Source: Clostridium sp. 26_21
Lineage (GTDB): Bacteria; Bacillota; Clostridia; TANB77; CAG-508
Reading direction: 5' to 3'
DNA: 64,000 nucleotides
Assembly (NCBI GenBank): GCA_001915995.1
Contig: MNRO01000022.1
Coordinates: 10,546-74,545 of the forward strand
The position numbers were made by a program, and so were the translations under genes. Positions 1 to 8,115 of the stretch are shown piece by piece (the stretch's first letter is position 1; each line of letters starts with the position of its first letter). The notes beneath the pieces are model-generated. The model worked only from the letters and a program-made list of their open reading frames with translations. It searched no databases and had not been told where the DNA came from.

Positions 1-2549
1 TGGAATATCATTCAACACTTGCAACAATTGAAGAAATTGATAAATTAGATATAAAAGTAACACATACAAGATGTAATGGATGTGAAAATCATTGTCAATT
101 AACAATAAATAGATTTAGTAATGGAAAAAGACATATATCTGGAAACAGATGTGAAAAAGGTGAAGGAATAGTAAATTCACACAAAGATTTACCAAACTTA
201 GTAAAATATAAATATGATAGAATATTTGGATATACACCATTAGAAGAAAAAGATGCACCAAGAGGAACAATAGGAATTCCAAGAGTTTTAAATATGTATG
301 AAGACTATCCATTCTGGTTTACATTATTCACAAATTTAGGATTTAGAGTAATAATATCAGAAAAAAGTACAAGAAAAATATATGAAAAAGGTATTGAATC
401 AATGCCATCTGAATCTGTATGTTATCCAGCAAAATTATCACATGGACATGTTATAAGTCTAATACAAAAGGGAATTAAAACAATATTTTATCCATGTATA
501 CCATATTCAAGAAAAGAATATGATGATGCAAATAATAGATATAATTGTCCAATTGTAATATCTTATTCAGAAGTATTAAAAAATAATATTGAAGAATTAA
601 AAAGTGAAGATATCAAATTCATAAATCCATTTTTACCATTTGAATCAAAAGCATTATTAAAAAGAATGATGGAATTACCTGAATTTAAAGAATATAATTT
701 TAACAAAAAAGAATTAAAAAATGCAATAGAAAAAGCTCAACAAGAATATCAAAAATGTAGACAAGATATACATGAAAAAGGAAAAGAAACAATTGAATAT
801 ATTGAAAAAAATAATTTAAAAGGAATTGTATTAGCAGGAAGACCATATCATGTAGATTCAGAAATAAATCATGGAATAGATACATTAATAACAAGTTTAG
901 GAATGTGTGTATTAACAGAAGATAGTGTGGCAGATAAAGCATTACCAGAAAGACCACTTCGTGTTGTTGACCAATGGATGTTTCATTCAAGATTATATGC
1001 AGCAGCAGATTTTGTAGGTAGACATGATAATTTAGAGCTTGTTCAAATAAATTCGTTTGGTTGTGGAGTTGATGCTGTTACAACAGATGAAGTTGAAGAA
1101 ATTCTAACAAGTTTTGGAAAAATGTATACATTAATAAAAATTGATGAAGTAAATAACTTAGGAGCTGTAAGAATTCGTTTACGTTCATTACTTGCAAGTA
1201 TTAATAAAAGATTAAATAATAAAAAAGATGAAAAAGAAACAGGTGAATATTTCTTAAAGAAAAATCCATTTACAGAAGAAATGAAAAAAGAATATGTAAT
1301 CTTAATTCCACAAATGGCACCAATTCATTTCGATTTTATTGAACCAGTTTTACAAAGTGAAGGATATAAAGCAAAATTATTAAGAGAGTGTACACAAAAT
1401 ACAATTGAAACAGGTTTAAAATATGTAAATAATGATGCATGTTATCCATCAATTATTACAACAGGTCAAATGATAGAAGCATTAGAATCTGGAGAATATG
1501 ATGTAAACAAAACAGCATTAATAATGTCACAAACAGGTGGAGGATGTAGAGCAACAAATTATATAGGATTTATTCGTAAAGCTCTAAAAGACGCAGGTTT
1601 TGGACAAGTTCCAGTAATTTCATTTAATGTTGTCGGAATGGAGAAAAATCCTGGATTTAAGCTAACATTACCATTAGTTGAAAAACTATTAAAATCAATG
1701 GTTTATGCAGATTTATTACAAAAAATGTTATATAAAAATAGAGCTTATGAAAAAAATAAAGGTGAAACAGATAAATTATTTGCAGAATGGATGGAAAAGG
1801 CAAAAAAACTTGCAATAAATAGTAATTCAAAAGAATTTTCAAAAAGTATATATCAAATGGTGGATGATTTTGAAAAAATTGAATGGAAGCAAGGAAAAGA
1901 AAAGCCAAAAGTAGGAATAGTAGGAGAAATCTTAATTAAATATCATCCATTTGGAAATAATTATGTAGCAAATTTATTAGAAAAAGAAGGTGCAGAAGTT
2001 GTTTTACCAGACTTTATGGGATTTGTTAAATATGTTGCAGCAAATGGAGTAATATCACATCAATTATTAAAAAATAATGGATTGAAATCAATGTTATTTG
2101 ATGTTGCAATAAAATTGATAAATTCATTTGAAAAAGATGCTAAAAAAGCATTAGAAAAATCTAAAAAAGGATATTTACCAACTTGTGATATTTGGCATTT
2201 GGCAGATAATGTAAAATCAGTTTTATCAACAGGAAATCAAACAGGTGAAGGTTGGTTCTTGACAGCTGAAATGCTTGAATATATGGAAAATGGTATTCAA
2301 AATATAGTTTGTGTTCAACCATTTGCATGTTTACCAAACCATGTTGTTGGTAAAGGTGTAATAAAAACTATTAGAGATATGTTCCCAGATGCAAATATTG
2401 TACCAGTTGATTATGATCCAGGTGCAAGTGAAGCAAATCAGACAAATAGAATTAAACTTCTTATGACAGTTGCTAAAGATAATTTGAAAATTAAGCAAAA
2501 AGAAAAAAAGATGACTGAAAAAGAAAATAAAAATAAAGTTAGTATATAA
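1..2549 (+). CDS. CoA-substrate-specific enzyme activase / 2-hydroxyacyl-CoA dehydratase D-component-like fusion protein, C-terminal part (5' end upstream of window)
   Basis: Frame 3 is open from nt 3 with no stop and runs into ORF 294..2549. A Cys cluster (CNGCENHCQ...RCEKGEG) is followed by an HgdB-like region typical of activase-related fusion proteins. Confidence 0.6.
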   Translation, partial: EYHSTLATIEEIDKLDIKVTHTRCNGCENHCQLTINRFSNGKRHISGNRCEKGEGIVNSHKDLPNLVKYKYDRIFGYTPLEEKDAPRGTIGIPRVLNMYEDYPFWFTLFTNLGFRVIISEKSTRKIYEKGIESMPSESVCYPAKLSHGHVISLIQKGIKTIFYPCIPYSRKEYDDANNRYNCPIVISYSEVLKNNIEELKSEDIKFINPFLPFESKALLKRMMELPEFKEYNFNKKELKNAIEKAQQEYQKCRQDIHEKGKETIEYIEKNNLKGIVLAGRPYHVDSEINHGIDTLITSLGMCVLTEDSVADKALPERPLRVVDQWMFHSRLYAAADFVGRHDNLELVQINSFGCGVDAVTTDEVEEILTSFGKMYTLIKIDEVNNLGAVRIRLRSLLASINKRLNNKKDEKETGEYFLKKNPFTEEMKKEYVILIPQMAPIHFDFIEPVLQSEGYKAKLLRECTQNTIETGLKYVNNDACYPSIITTGQMIEALESGEYDVNKTALIMSQTGGGCRATNYIGFIRKALKDAGFGQVPVISFNVVGMEKNPGFKLTLPLVEKLLKSMVYADLLQKMLYKNRAYEKNKGETDKLFAEWMEKAKKLAINSNSKEFSKSIYQMVDDFEKIEWKQGKEKPKVGIVGEILIKYHPFGNNYVANLLEKEGAEVVLPDFMGFVKYVAANGVISHQLLKNNGLKSMLFDVAIKLINSFEKDAKKALEKSKKGYLPTCDIWHLADNVKSVLSTGNQTGEGWFLTAEMLEYMENGIQNIVCVQPFACLPNHVVGKGVIKTIRDMFPDANIVPVDYDPGASEANQTNRIKLLMTVAKDNLKIKQKEKKMTEKENKNKVSI

Positions 2550-2555
2550 GCAAAT

Positions 2556-2585
2556 AGCCCACACAGATTTTATTCTGTGTGGGCT
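2556..2585. terminator. G+C-rich hairpin (AGCCCACACAGA / TCTGTGTGGGCT) between convergent genes
   Basis: Perfect 12-bp stem seen directly in the sequence. Its G+C-rich composition contrasts with the AT-rich surroundings. Confidence 0.55.
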
Positions 2586-2607
2586 ACTGGTTAGAGGTTA
2601 AAAATCA

Positions 2608-2919
2608 TTACTTAATGCTATCTTCCTCATCTTCGGGGGAAACAGGAATTGCAATCAAATCTTTTGCACAATATCTGTATTCCCAGCCAAACTCGTGTAA
2701 GAATTGATGGAACTGATCTTTAGGAAAGAGTTTGTTCTCGTACAAACGACAGAATAGAACATATTCATTCCAAGTGCTTAAAGAAACGAAAATAGTTTGG
2801 TTCGGATAGATATCAACAGCAGAATCATCCTGCGAATCCAGAAAATTGCTAATAAGCTTTTTGGCTTCATTCAGTAAAGATTCCTGAATATTGTTGACCC
2901 AAATGTTAGACTTTTTCAT
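2608..2919 (-). CDS. hypothetical small protein (104 aa), G+C-enriched; paralog of 3143..3514
   Basis: ATG at 2919 has an AGGAGG ribosome-binding site 9 nt upstream. Shared motifs with the 3143..3514 product (LFPKDQFHQFLHEFGWEY vs LFPKEEFNTWLREHHWKL). A consensus promoter lies upstream. Confidence 0.55.
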   Translation of the reverse strand: MKKSNIWVNNIQESLLNEAKKLISNFLDSQDDSAVDIYPNQTIFVSLSTWNEYVLFCRLYENKLFPKDQFHQFLHEFGWEYRYCAKDLIAIPVSPEDEEDSIK

Positions 2920-2987
2920 TACTGTCCTCCTTGTTGCATAACGCAACACTATAATAATATACCAAAAACCATTAAGGTTCTATACAT

Positions 2988-3016
2988 ATTATAAAACATT
3001 TTACATAAAATGTCAA
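2988..3016 (-). promoter_or_regulatory. sigma70-type promoter TTGACA-N17-TATAAT with an ACAT-AAA-ATGT inverted repeat in the spacer
   Basis: Reverse complement of 2988-3016 reads TTGACAttttatgtaaaatgtttTATAAT. The 19-mer ttttacataaaatgtcaaa (2999-3017) is identical to 3617-3635. Confidence 0.6.
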
Positions 3017-3098
3017 AAACTATTTGTAGTTTTGATTGTTTTTCGAAATTTCTTATCGGTAATTTTTTCGAAAATTGGTATAAATAAAATTATAACTA

Positions 3099-3131
3099 AA
3101 GGGCGCTTATCCTTTTCAGGAAAGCGCCCTT
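3099..3131 (-). terminator. G+C-rich hairpin AAGGGCGCTT...AAGCGCCCTT downstream of the 3143..3514 gene
   Basis: 10-bp perfect stem immediately after the minus-strand stop. Confidence 0.5.
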
Positions 3132-3142
3132 AGTGCTATGGG

Positions 3143-3514
3143 TTAATTGATTTCAATGAGCCTGATTTTGTCAACCAAACAGTTGAGCTTCCAATGGTGC
3201 TCCCTCAACCAAGTATTGAATTCTTCTTTGGGAAAAAGAGGATCCTTGATAATGCTGAGAAAGTGAAGCTTGTTCAGAGGGAGAGACGATTCATCAACTT
3301 CAAACTGATCTTCGAAGAGGTACAGAACGACTGTAGAGTCATCGAAGAGGTTCATGTTCTTGTTGGAACTTTTAGAGTCTGATTCATACATAGAACTGAC
3401 TTGGTCGAAGATGATTTTTTTTGCATCTTCGAGCAACAGTTCCTTAGAACGTCTGTTGATAGTGAGGAACATCTGCGGGGTAGGTAACATGTCAAAGTTC
3501 GTAGTGTTTTCCAT
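3143..3514 (-). CDS. hypothetical small protein (123 aa), G+C-enriched; paralog of 2608..2919
   Basis: ATG at 3514 has a GGAGGG ribosome-binding site 8 nt upstream. Motifs are shared with the 2608..2919 product, and a consensus promoter lies ~100 nt upstream. Confidence 0.55.
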   Translation of the reverse strand: MENTTNFDMLPTPQMFLTINRRSKELLLEDAKKIIFDQVSSMYESDSKSSNKNMNLFDDSTVVLYLFEDQFEVDESSLPLNKLHFLSIIKDPLFPKEEFNTWLREHHWKLNCLVDKIRLIEIN

Positions 3515-3605
3515 GATTCAAGCCCTCCATAGCTTGCTTGTAGATAACTAAATAAATCAGTCATCGGATAATAAATATAACCACTTTTATGGCTACATAC
3601 ATTTT

Positions 3606-3634
3606 TATTATACATCGTTTTACATAAAATGTCA
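3606..3634 (-). promoter_or_regulatory. sigma70-type promoter TTGACA-N17-TATAAT, second copy of the same promoter/operator-like architecture
   Basis: Reverse complement reads TTGACAttttatgtaaaacgatgTATAAT and contains the same ACATAAAATGT palindrome-like core. Confidence 0.6.
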
Positions 3635-3654
3635 AATTATGTAAGATGAAATTT

Positions 3655-3683
3655 GTTGACAAAATCTGGGGGTGAGTATATAT
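3655..3683 (+). promoter_or_regulatory. sigma70-type promoter TTGACA-N17-TATATT driving the small hydrophobic ORF; divergent from the 3143..3514 gene promoter
   Basis: TTGACA at 3655-3660, 17-nt spacer, TATATT at 3678-3683. Confidence 0.5.
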
Positions 3684-3715
3684 TAAATATGCCTTTCGCC
3701 AAAAGGTAGAAGGGA

Positions 3716-3737
3716 GGTGTTATTATTTTGCACGATT
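3716..3737 (+). repeat. direct repeat copy 1 (GTGTTATTATTTTGCACGATTT), covering the Shine-Dalgarno 3' edge and TTG start of the small ORF
   Basis: Identical to 3838-3857 except for two extra T. Confidence 0.7.
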
Positions 3738-3795
3738 TAATTGACTTGATAAAACTTATATTGATTTACTACATAGTAAAGCTTTTGAGTAAATA
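3727..3795 (+). CDS. 22-codon hydrophobic peptide (M)HDLIDLIKLILIYYIVKLLSK, candidate type I toxin (Fst/Ibs-like)
   Basis: GGGAGGTG ribosome-binding site at 3711-3718 lies 8 nt before TTG 3727. The ORF encodes a single predicted transmembrane helix with a Lys tail. A terminator follows directly and a promoter lies upstream. It is too short for the ORF track. Confidence 0.35.
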
Positions 3796-3804
3796 GCAAA
3801 AAGA

Positions 3805-3837
3805 AAAGACTAAGAATTGGAGGTTCTTAGTCTTTTT
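3805..3837. terminator. bidirectional rho-independent terminator (AAGACTAAGAA-ttggagg-TTCTTAGTCTT + T6)
   Basis: 11-bp perfect stem with a T-run on the + side and a TTCTTTTTG run on the - side. Confidence 0.65.
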
Positions 3838-3857
3838 TGTGTTATTATTGCACGATT
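3838..3857 (+). repeat. direct repeat copy 2 (GTGTTATTATTGCACGATTT), immediately after the terminator
   Basis: If transcribed from the minus strand, it yields RNA complementary to copy 1 and so to the small ORF's start region. Confidence 0.7.
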
Positions 3858-3878
3858 TGTTTTACAATTGCTATAATT

Positions 3879-3907
3879 ATATTAGCATAATTATAAAAAA
3901 ATGTCAA
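3879..3907 (-). promoter_or_regulatory. candidate antisense (antitoxin RNA) promoter TTGACA-N17-TAATAT reading toward the bidirectional terminator
   Basis: Reverse complement of 3879-3907 reads TTGACAtttttttataattatgcTAATAT. The predicted ~75-nt antisense RNA would span repeat copy 2 and the terminator. Confidence 0.4.
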
Positions 3908-4035
3908 TGGTAAGAAAATTGTTTTAAAATACTAAATTGTACTGACCTCCCAGTATAATCAAAAAACATCAAAAAAATGGTATAAATATATAAGGTTTAC
4001 AAACGAAACCAAAATTAAGAAAATAAGGAAAAAGA

Positions 4036-5715
4036 ATGGAAAGATTATATAAATATATAGAAATAACAGATTTAAAAGATATGCTAAAAAAATCAGGAGA
4101 AAAATATGGTGAAAAAATAGCATATAAAATAAGACAGGAAAATGGATATAAAGAAATCACACATAATGAAGTAAGAAAAATGGTTGATGGACTTGGAACA
4201 AAATTGATAGATATGGGGTTAAAAGATAAAAGAATAGCTGTAATAGGTGAAAATAGATATGAATGGGAAATAGCATATTTATCAATAGTTTGTGGGACAG
4301 GAACAGTAGTACCATTAGACAAATCATTACCAGAAAATGAATTAGAAAGTTTAATTGAAAGATCAAAAGCAGAAGCAATAATATGTTCACAAAAATATGT
4401 CGAAATATTAAAAAAGACAAAATTAAAATATATCATTTCAATGGATTTAGAAAATGATAAAGATGGAATTATATCACAAAAAAGACTTATATCAGAAGGA
4501 ATACAATTAGTAAAATCTGGAGATACAAGTTTTACAAATGCCAAAATTGATAATGAAAAAATGAGTATAATGTTATTTACATCTGGAACAACATCAATAT
4601 CAAAAGCAGTAGCACTTTCACATAAAAATATATGTTCAAATTTAATGGATATATCATCAATATTAGATGTAAATTCATCAGATGTGTTTTTATCATTTTT
4701 ACCATTACATCATGTATTTGAATGTACAGTTGGATTTTTATTTTCATTATATGTTGGAGCTGAAACAGTATTTTGTGATGGAATTAGACATATTCCAGAA
4801 AACTTAGCTGAATATAAGGTTTCTGTAATGGCATCTGTTCCAGCAATATATGAAAGATTATTCAAAATAATAAAAAAGCACTTAGAAAAACAAGGAAAAG
4901 TTGAACAAATACTTAAAGATGAAGAAAAATATAAAGATTCAAGTATGGAAAAGAAAAAAGAAGTATTTAAAGAAATACATGATTCGCTTGGTGGAAATAT
5001 AAAACTATTTATAAGTGGTGCAGCAAGTTTAGAACCAAGTATTGAAGAAAAATTTAGAAGGCTTGGATTTAATATGGTTCAAGGATATGGATTAACAGAA
5101 ACATCACCAGTTGTTGCAATAGGAAATAAAAAATATCATAAAACAGGATCTATTGGAAAATGTGTTCCAAGTGATGAAGTGAAATTATTAGATGTAAATA
5201 AAGATGGAATTGGAGAATTAGCAGTAAAAGGACCTAATGTAATGATTGAATATTATGAAAATAAAGAAGCAACAGAAAAAGTATTAAAAGATGAATGGTT
5301 TCAAACTGGTGATTTAGCAAGAATTGATGAAGAGGGTTATATATTTATTTGTGGAAGAAAGAAAAGTGTAATTGTATTAAAAAATGGTAAAAATATTTTT
5401 CCAGAAGAAATGGAAACATTAATTAATAAAGAAGATGGTGTAGAAGAATCATTTATTTTTGGAAAGCCAATTTCAAAAGATCCAAATGATATAAAGATTT
5501 TTGTAAAAATTGTTTATAACAAAGAAAGTTTTGAAGGAAAAACAGAAACTGAAATAAAAGAATATTTTAATGAAAAAATAAAATCAATAAATAAAACAAT
5601 GCCACATTATAAAGCAATTAGAGGAATTATTATTTCAGACAAACCATTAATAAAAACTACAACAAATAAAATTAAAAGAGAAAAAAATCTAGAACAAATA
5701 ATGAAGGAGTTATAA
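4036..5715 (+). CDS. AMP-dependent acyl-CoA (or acyl-ACP) synthetase, long-chain fatty acid ligase family
   Basis: AMP-binding motif LFTSGTTSISKAV, a 559-aa product, and first position in the fab operon. Confidence 0.8.
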   Translation: MERLYKYIEITDLKDMLKKSGEKYGEKIAYKIRQENGYKEITHNEVRKMVDGLGTKLIDMGLKDKRIAVIGENRYEWEIAYLSIVCGTGTVVPLDKSLPENELESLIERSKAEAIICSQKYVEILKKTKLKYIISMDLENDKDGIISQKRLISEGIQLVKSGDTSFTNAKIDNEKMSIMLFTSGTTSISKAVALSHKNICSNLMDISSILDVNSSDVFLSFLPLHHVFECTVGFLFSLYVGAETVFCDGIRHIPENLAEYKVSVMASVPAIYERLFKIIKKHLEKQGKVEQILKDEEKYKDSSMEKKKEVFKEIHDSLGGNIKLFISGAASLEPSIEEKFRRLGFNMVQGYGLTETSPVVAIGNKKYHKTGSIGKCVPSDEVKLLDVNKDGIGELAVKGPNVMIEYYENKEATEKVLKDEWFQTGDLARIDEEGYIFICGRKKSVIVLKNGKNIFPEEMETLINKEDGVEESFIFGKPISKDPNDIKIFVKIVYNKESFEGKTETEIKEYFNEKIKSINKTMPHYKAIRGIIISDKPLIKTTTNKIKREKNLEQIMKEL

Positions 5716-6278
5716 TGACAACACAAATTTTAGGTAATGTATTTGAACATTATGAAGAAATTGACTCTACACAAACAGAAATACATAGAAGAATAGAAAA
5801 ATGTAAAATACAAAATGGAACCATTATAATGGCAGATAGACAAACAAATGGAAAAGGAACACATGGTAGAGTTTGGCATACAGGTAATGAAAATAATATT
5901 GCATTTTCATTTTATATTGAAACAGAATGTGATCCACAAAAACTTGAAGGTATAACAATAGAAATTGCACAAATATTAATACAAATTTTTGAAGAAAAAT
6001 ATGGAATAAATCTTCAAATAAAAGCTCCAAATGATATTTATTATAATGGAAAAAAAGTTGGTGGAATATTAACAGAATCTAAAATTGTTGGACAGAAAAC
6101 AAAATATATAGTTGTAGGAATAGGCATAAATACTAATAGTAAGAATTTTAGTGATGATATAAGAAATATTGCAACATCAATTAAAAAAGAATTTAACATA
6201 GATGTTGATAATTTATTTATTGTAAATGAATTTTGCAAAATATTTGAAAAAAGATTAATGAAAAGGATAGAAGAATAA
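5715..6278 (+). CDS. birA: biotin--[acetyl-CoA-carboxylase] ligase, short form (catalytic domain only)
   Basis: NGKGTHGRVWHT matches the GRGRxGRxW biotin-ligase motif. KKVGGILTE matches the Lys/GGIL motif. The stop overlaps the fabD start region. Confidence 0.7.
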   Translation: MTTQILGNVFEHYEEIDSTQTEIHRRIEKCKIQNGTIIMADRQTNGKGTHGRVWHTGNENNIAFSFYIETECDPQKLEGITIEIAQILIQIFEEKYGINLQIKAPNDIYYNGKKVGGILTESKIVGQKTKYIVVGIGINTNSKNFSDDIRNIATSIKKEFNIDVDNLFIVNEFCKIFEKRLMKRIEE

Positions 6279-6279
6279 T

Positions 6280-7221
6280 ATGAAAATAGGATTTTTGTTC
6301 CCAGGTCAAGGTTCACAATATGTTGGAATGGGAAAAGATTTATATGAGAAATATGAGGAAGTTAGAAATATATATGATAGAGTAGAAAATTTGACAGGAG
6401 TAGATGTGAAAAAGATATCATTTGAAGGTCCTGAAGAAGAATTAAATCAAACTAAAAATACTCAACTTTGTATTTTAACAATGAGTTTAGCAATATTAGA
6501 AATACTTAATAAAAATGGAGTAAAAGCAGAAATGTCAGTAGGTTTAAGCCTTGGTGAATATTCTGCACTAATATATAGTGGAATATTAAATTTTGAAGAT
6601 GGAGTAAAATTAGTTCAAAAACGTGGAGAATATATGCAAAATTTAGTTCCTGATGGTGAATGGCTAATGTCAGCTATACTTGGAATGGGAGAAGATGAAG
6701 TTGAAGAAGTATGTTCAAAAATTCAAAATGGATTTGCAGTACCAGTAAATTTTAATTGCCCAGGTCAAATTGTAATTTCAGGTGATAAAGATGGAATAAA
6801 AGAAGCAGAAAATATAGCTAAACAATATGGTGCTAGAAGAGTTATTGAATTAAAAACATCAGGTCCTTTTCATACTATAAAATTACAAAAAGCATCTGAT
6901 GAATTAAGAAAAGAATTAGATAAAATAAAATTTAATAATGGAGATTCAAAAGTTATTAAAAATATAGATGCTGAAGTTTATACAGAAAATGATGATATGA
7001 AAGATATTTTAGCAAAACATATAATTAGTCCTGTTAGATTTTCAAAGAGTTTGGAAAATATGATTAAACTTGGTGTTGATACTTTTATTGAAATAGGGCC
7101 AGGTAAGACATTGTCTGGATTTGCTAAAAAGATTAAAACAGATAAAGAGATAAGGATTTTTAATGTGACAGATGTGGAAACATTGAAAAACGTTTTATAT
7201 CAAGTTCTGGAAAAAAATTAA
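6280..7221 (+). CDS. fabD: malonyl CoA-ACP transacylase
   Basis: GFLFPGQGSQYVGMG active-site region and GLSLGEYSAL serine motif. Confidence 0.9.
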   Translation: MKIGFLFPGQGSQYVGMGKDLYEKYEEVRNIYDRVENLTGVDVKKISFEGPEEELNQTKNTQLCILTMSLAILEILNKNGVKAEMSVGLSLGEYSALIYSGILNFEDGVKLVQKRGEYMQNLVPDGEWLMSAILGMGEDEVEEVCSKIQNGFAVPVNFNCPGQIVISGDKDGIKEAENIAKQYGARRVIELKTSGPFHTIKLQKASDELRKELDKIKFNNGDSKVIKNIDAEVYTENDDMKDILAKHIISPVRFSKSLENMIKLGVDTFIEIGPGKTLSGFAKKIKTDKEIRIFNVTDVETLKNVLYQVLEKN

Positions 7222-7250
7222 TTATTTTTCAATAAGAAAGGTGGAAGAAA

Positions 7251-7985
7251 ATGGAGAAATGTGCATTAATAACAGGTGCAACAAGAGGAATAGGCAAACA
7301 AATAGCAATAACATTAGCAAAACAAGGCTATAATATTGCATTAAATTATAGAAAAGAAAATGAAGAACTAGAAAATACCAAAAAAAAAATTGAAGAAATT
7401 GGAGTTCAAGTTATAGCAGTAAAAGGTGATGTTGCAAATTTCGAAGAGTGTGAAAACTTTGTAAAACAAGTAATAGAAAGATTTGGACAAATAGATGTAT
7501 TAGTAAATAATGCAGGAATTACAAAAGATATGTTACTTATGAGAATGAAGAAAGAAGATTTTGAACAAGTAATAGATACTAATTTAGTTGGAACATTTAA
7601 TGTTACAAAAAATGTAGTGCCATATATGATGAAAGCTCGTTATGGAAGAATAATTAATATTTCATCTGTTGTTGGAATTTCAGGTAATGCAGGTCAAACA
7701 AATTATTCTGCATCAAAAGCAGGAATTATCGGATTTACAAAGAGTTTGGCTAAAGAGATTGCTTCAAGAAATATTTTAGTAAATGCTGTTGCTCCTGGTT
7801 TTATTGAAACAAATATGACTGATGTTTTAAAAGATGATGTTAAACAGGAAATTGCCAAAAATATTCCTTTGAAGAGAATGGGAACTGCTCAAGATGTTGC
7901 TAATGTTGTTAAGTTTTTAGCTTCTGATGATAGTTCTTATATTACTGGGCAAGTTATTAATGTTGATGGTGGTATGCTTATGTGA
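7251..7985 (+). CDS. fabG: 3-oxoacyl-ACP reductase
   Basis: Short-chain dehydrogenase Rossmann motif TGATRGIGK, NAG motif, catalytic YSASK. Confidence 0.9.
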   Translation: MEKCALITGATRGIGKQIAITLAKQGYNIALNYRKENEELENTKKKIEEIGVQVIAVKGDVANFEECENFVKQVIERFGQIDVLVNNAGITKDMLLMRMKKEDFEQVIDTNLVGTFNVTKNVVPYMMKARYGRIINISSVVGISGNAGQTNYSASKAGIIGFTKSLAKEIASRNILVNAVAPGFIETNMTDVLKDDVKQEIAKNIPLKRMGTAQDVANVVKFLASDDSSYITGQVINVDGGMLM

Positions 7986-8019
7986 TTTGAATAATAATTA
8001 AAATTTTCAGTTAACACAT

Positions 8020-8056
8020 ACTGAGGCTGTAATAAGCAAGCTTTAATAGCCTCAGT
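8020..8056 (+). other. stem-loop ACTGAGGCT-(19 nt)-AGCCTCAGT in the fabG-fabF spacer, where acpP usually sits
   Basis: 9-bp perfect inverted repeat seen in the sequence. No T-run follows, so it is not a canonical terminator. Confidence 0.4.
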
Positions 8057-8115
8057 GTTCGTCAAAATTTAATTCTTATTCAAATAAAATAAGTAAAAAA
8101 ATAGGAGAGAAAGAT

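Noticed and set aside
3194-3551. Two + strand ORFs (3194..3382 and 3354..3551) within the G+C-rich insert
   Set aside because: They are antisense to the better-supported 123-aa minus-strand gene, which has a ribosome-binding site, promoter and terminator. They have no ribosome-binding sites of their own.
3716-3857. Direct repeat GTGTTATTATT(TT)GCACGATTT considered as a target-site duplication or att site of a mobile element
   Set aside because: The repeats flank only a terminator, not a cargo or recombinase gene, and no integrase or transposase is in the window. The toxin-antisense complementarity explanation fits their exact placement over the start codon.
7379-7389. A10 homopolymer inside fabG (and A7-A8 tracts in several GT2 genes) as phase-variation switches
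   Set aside because: Such tracts are expected at this A+T content. None lies in a glycosyltransferase 5' region with ≥9 repeats, and the fabG tract encodes an in-frame KKK.
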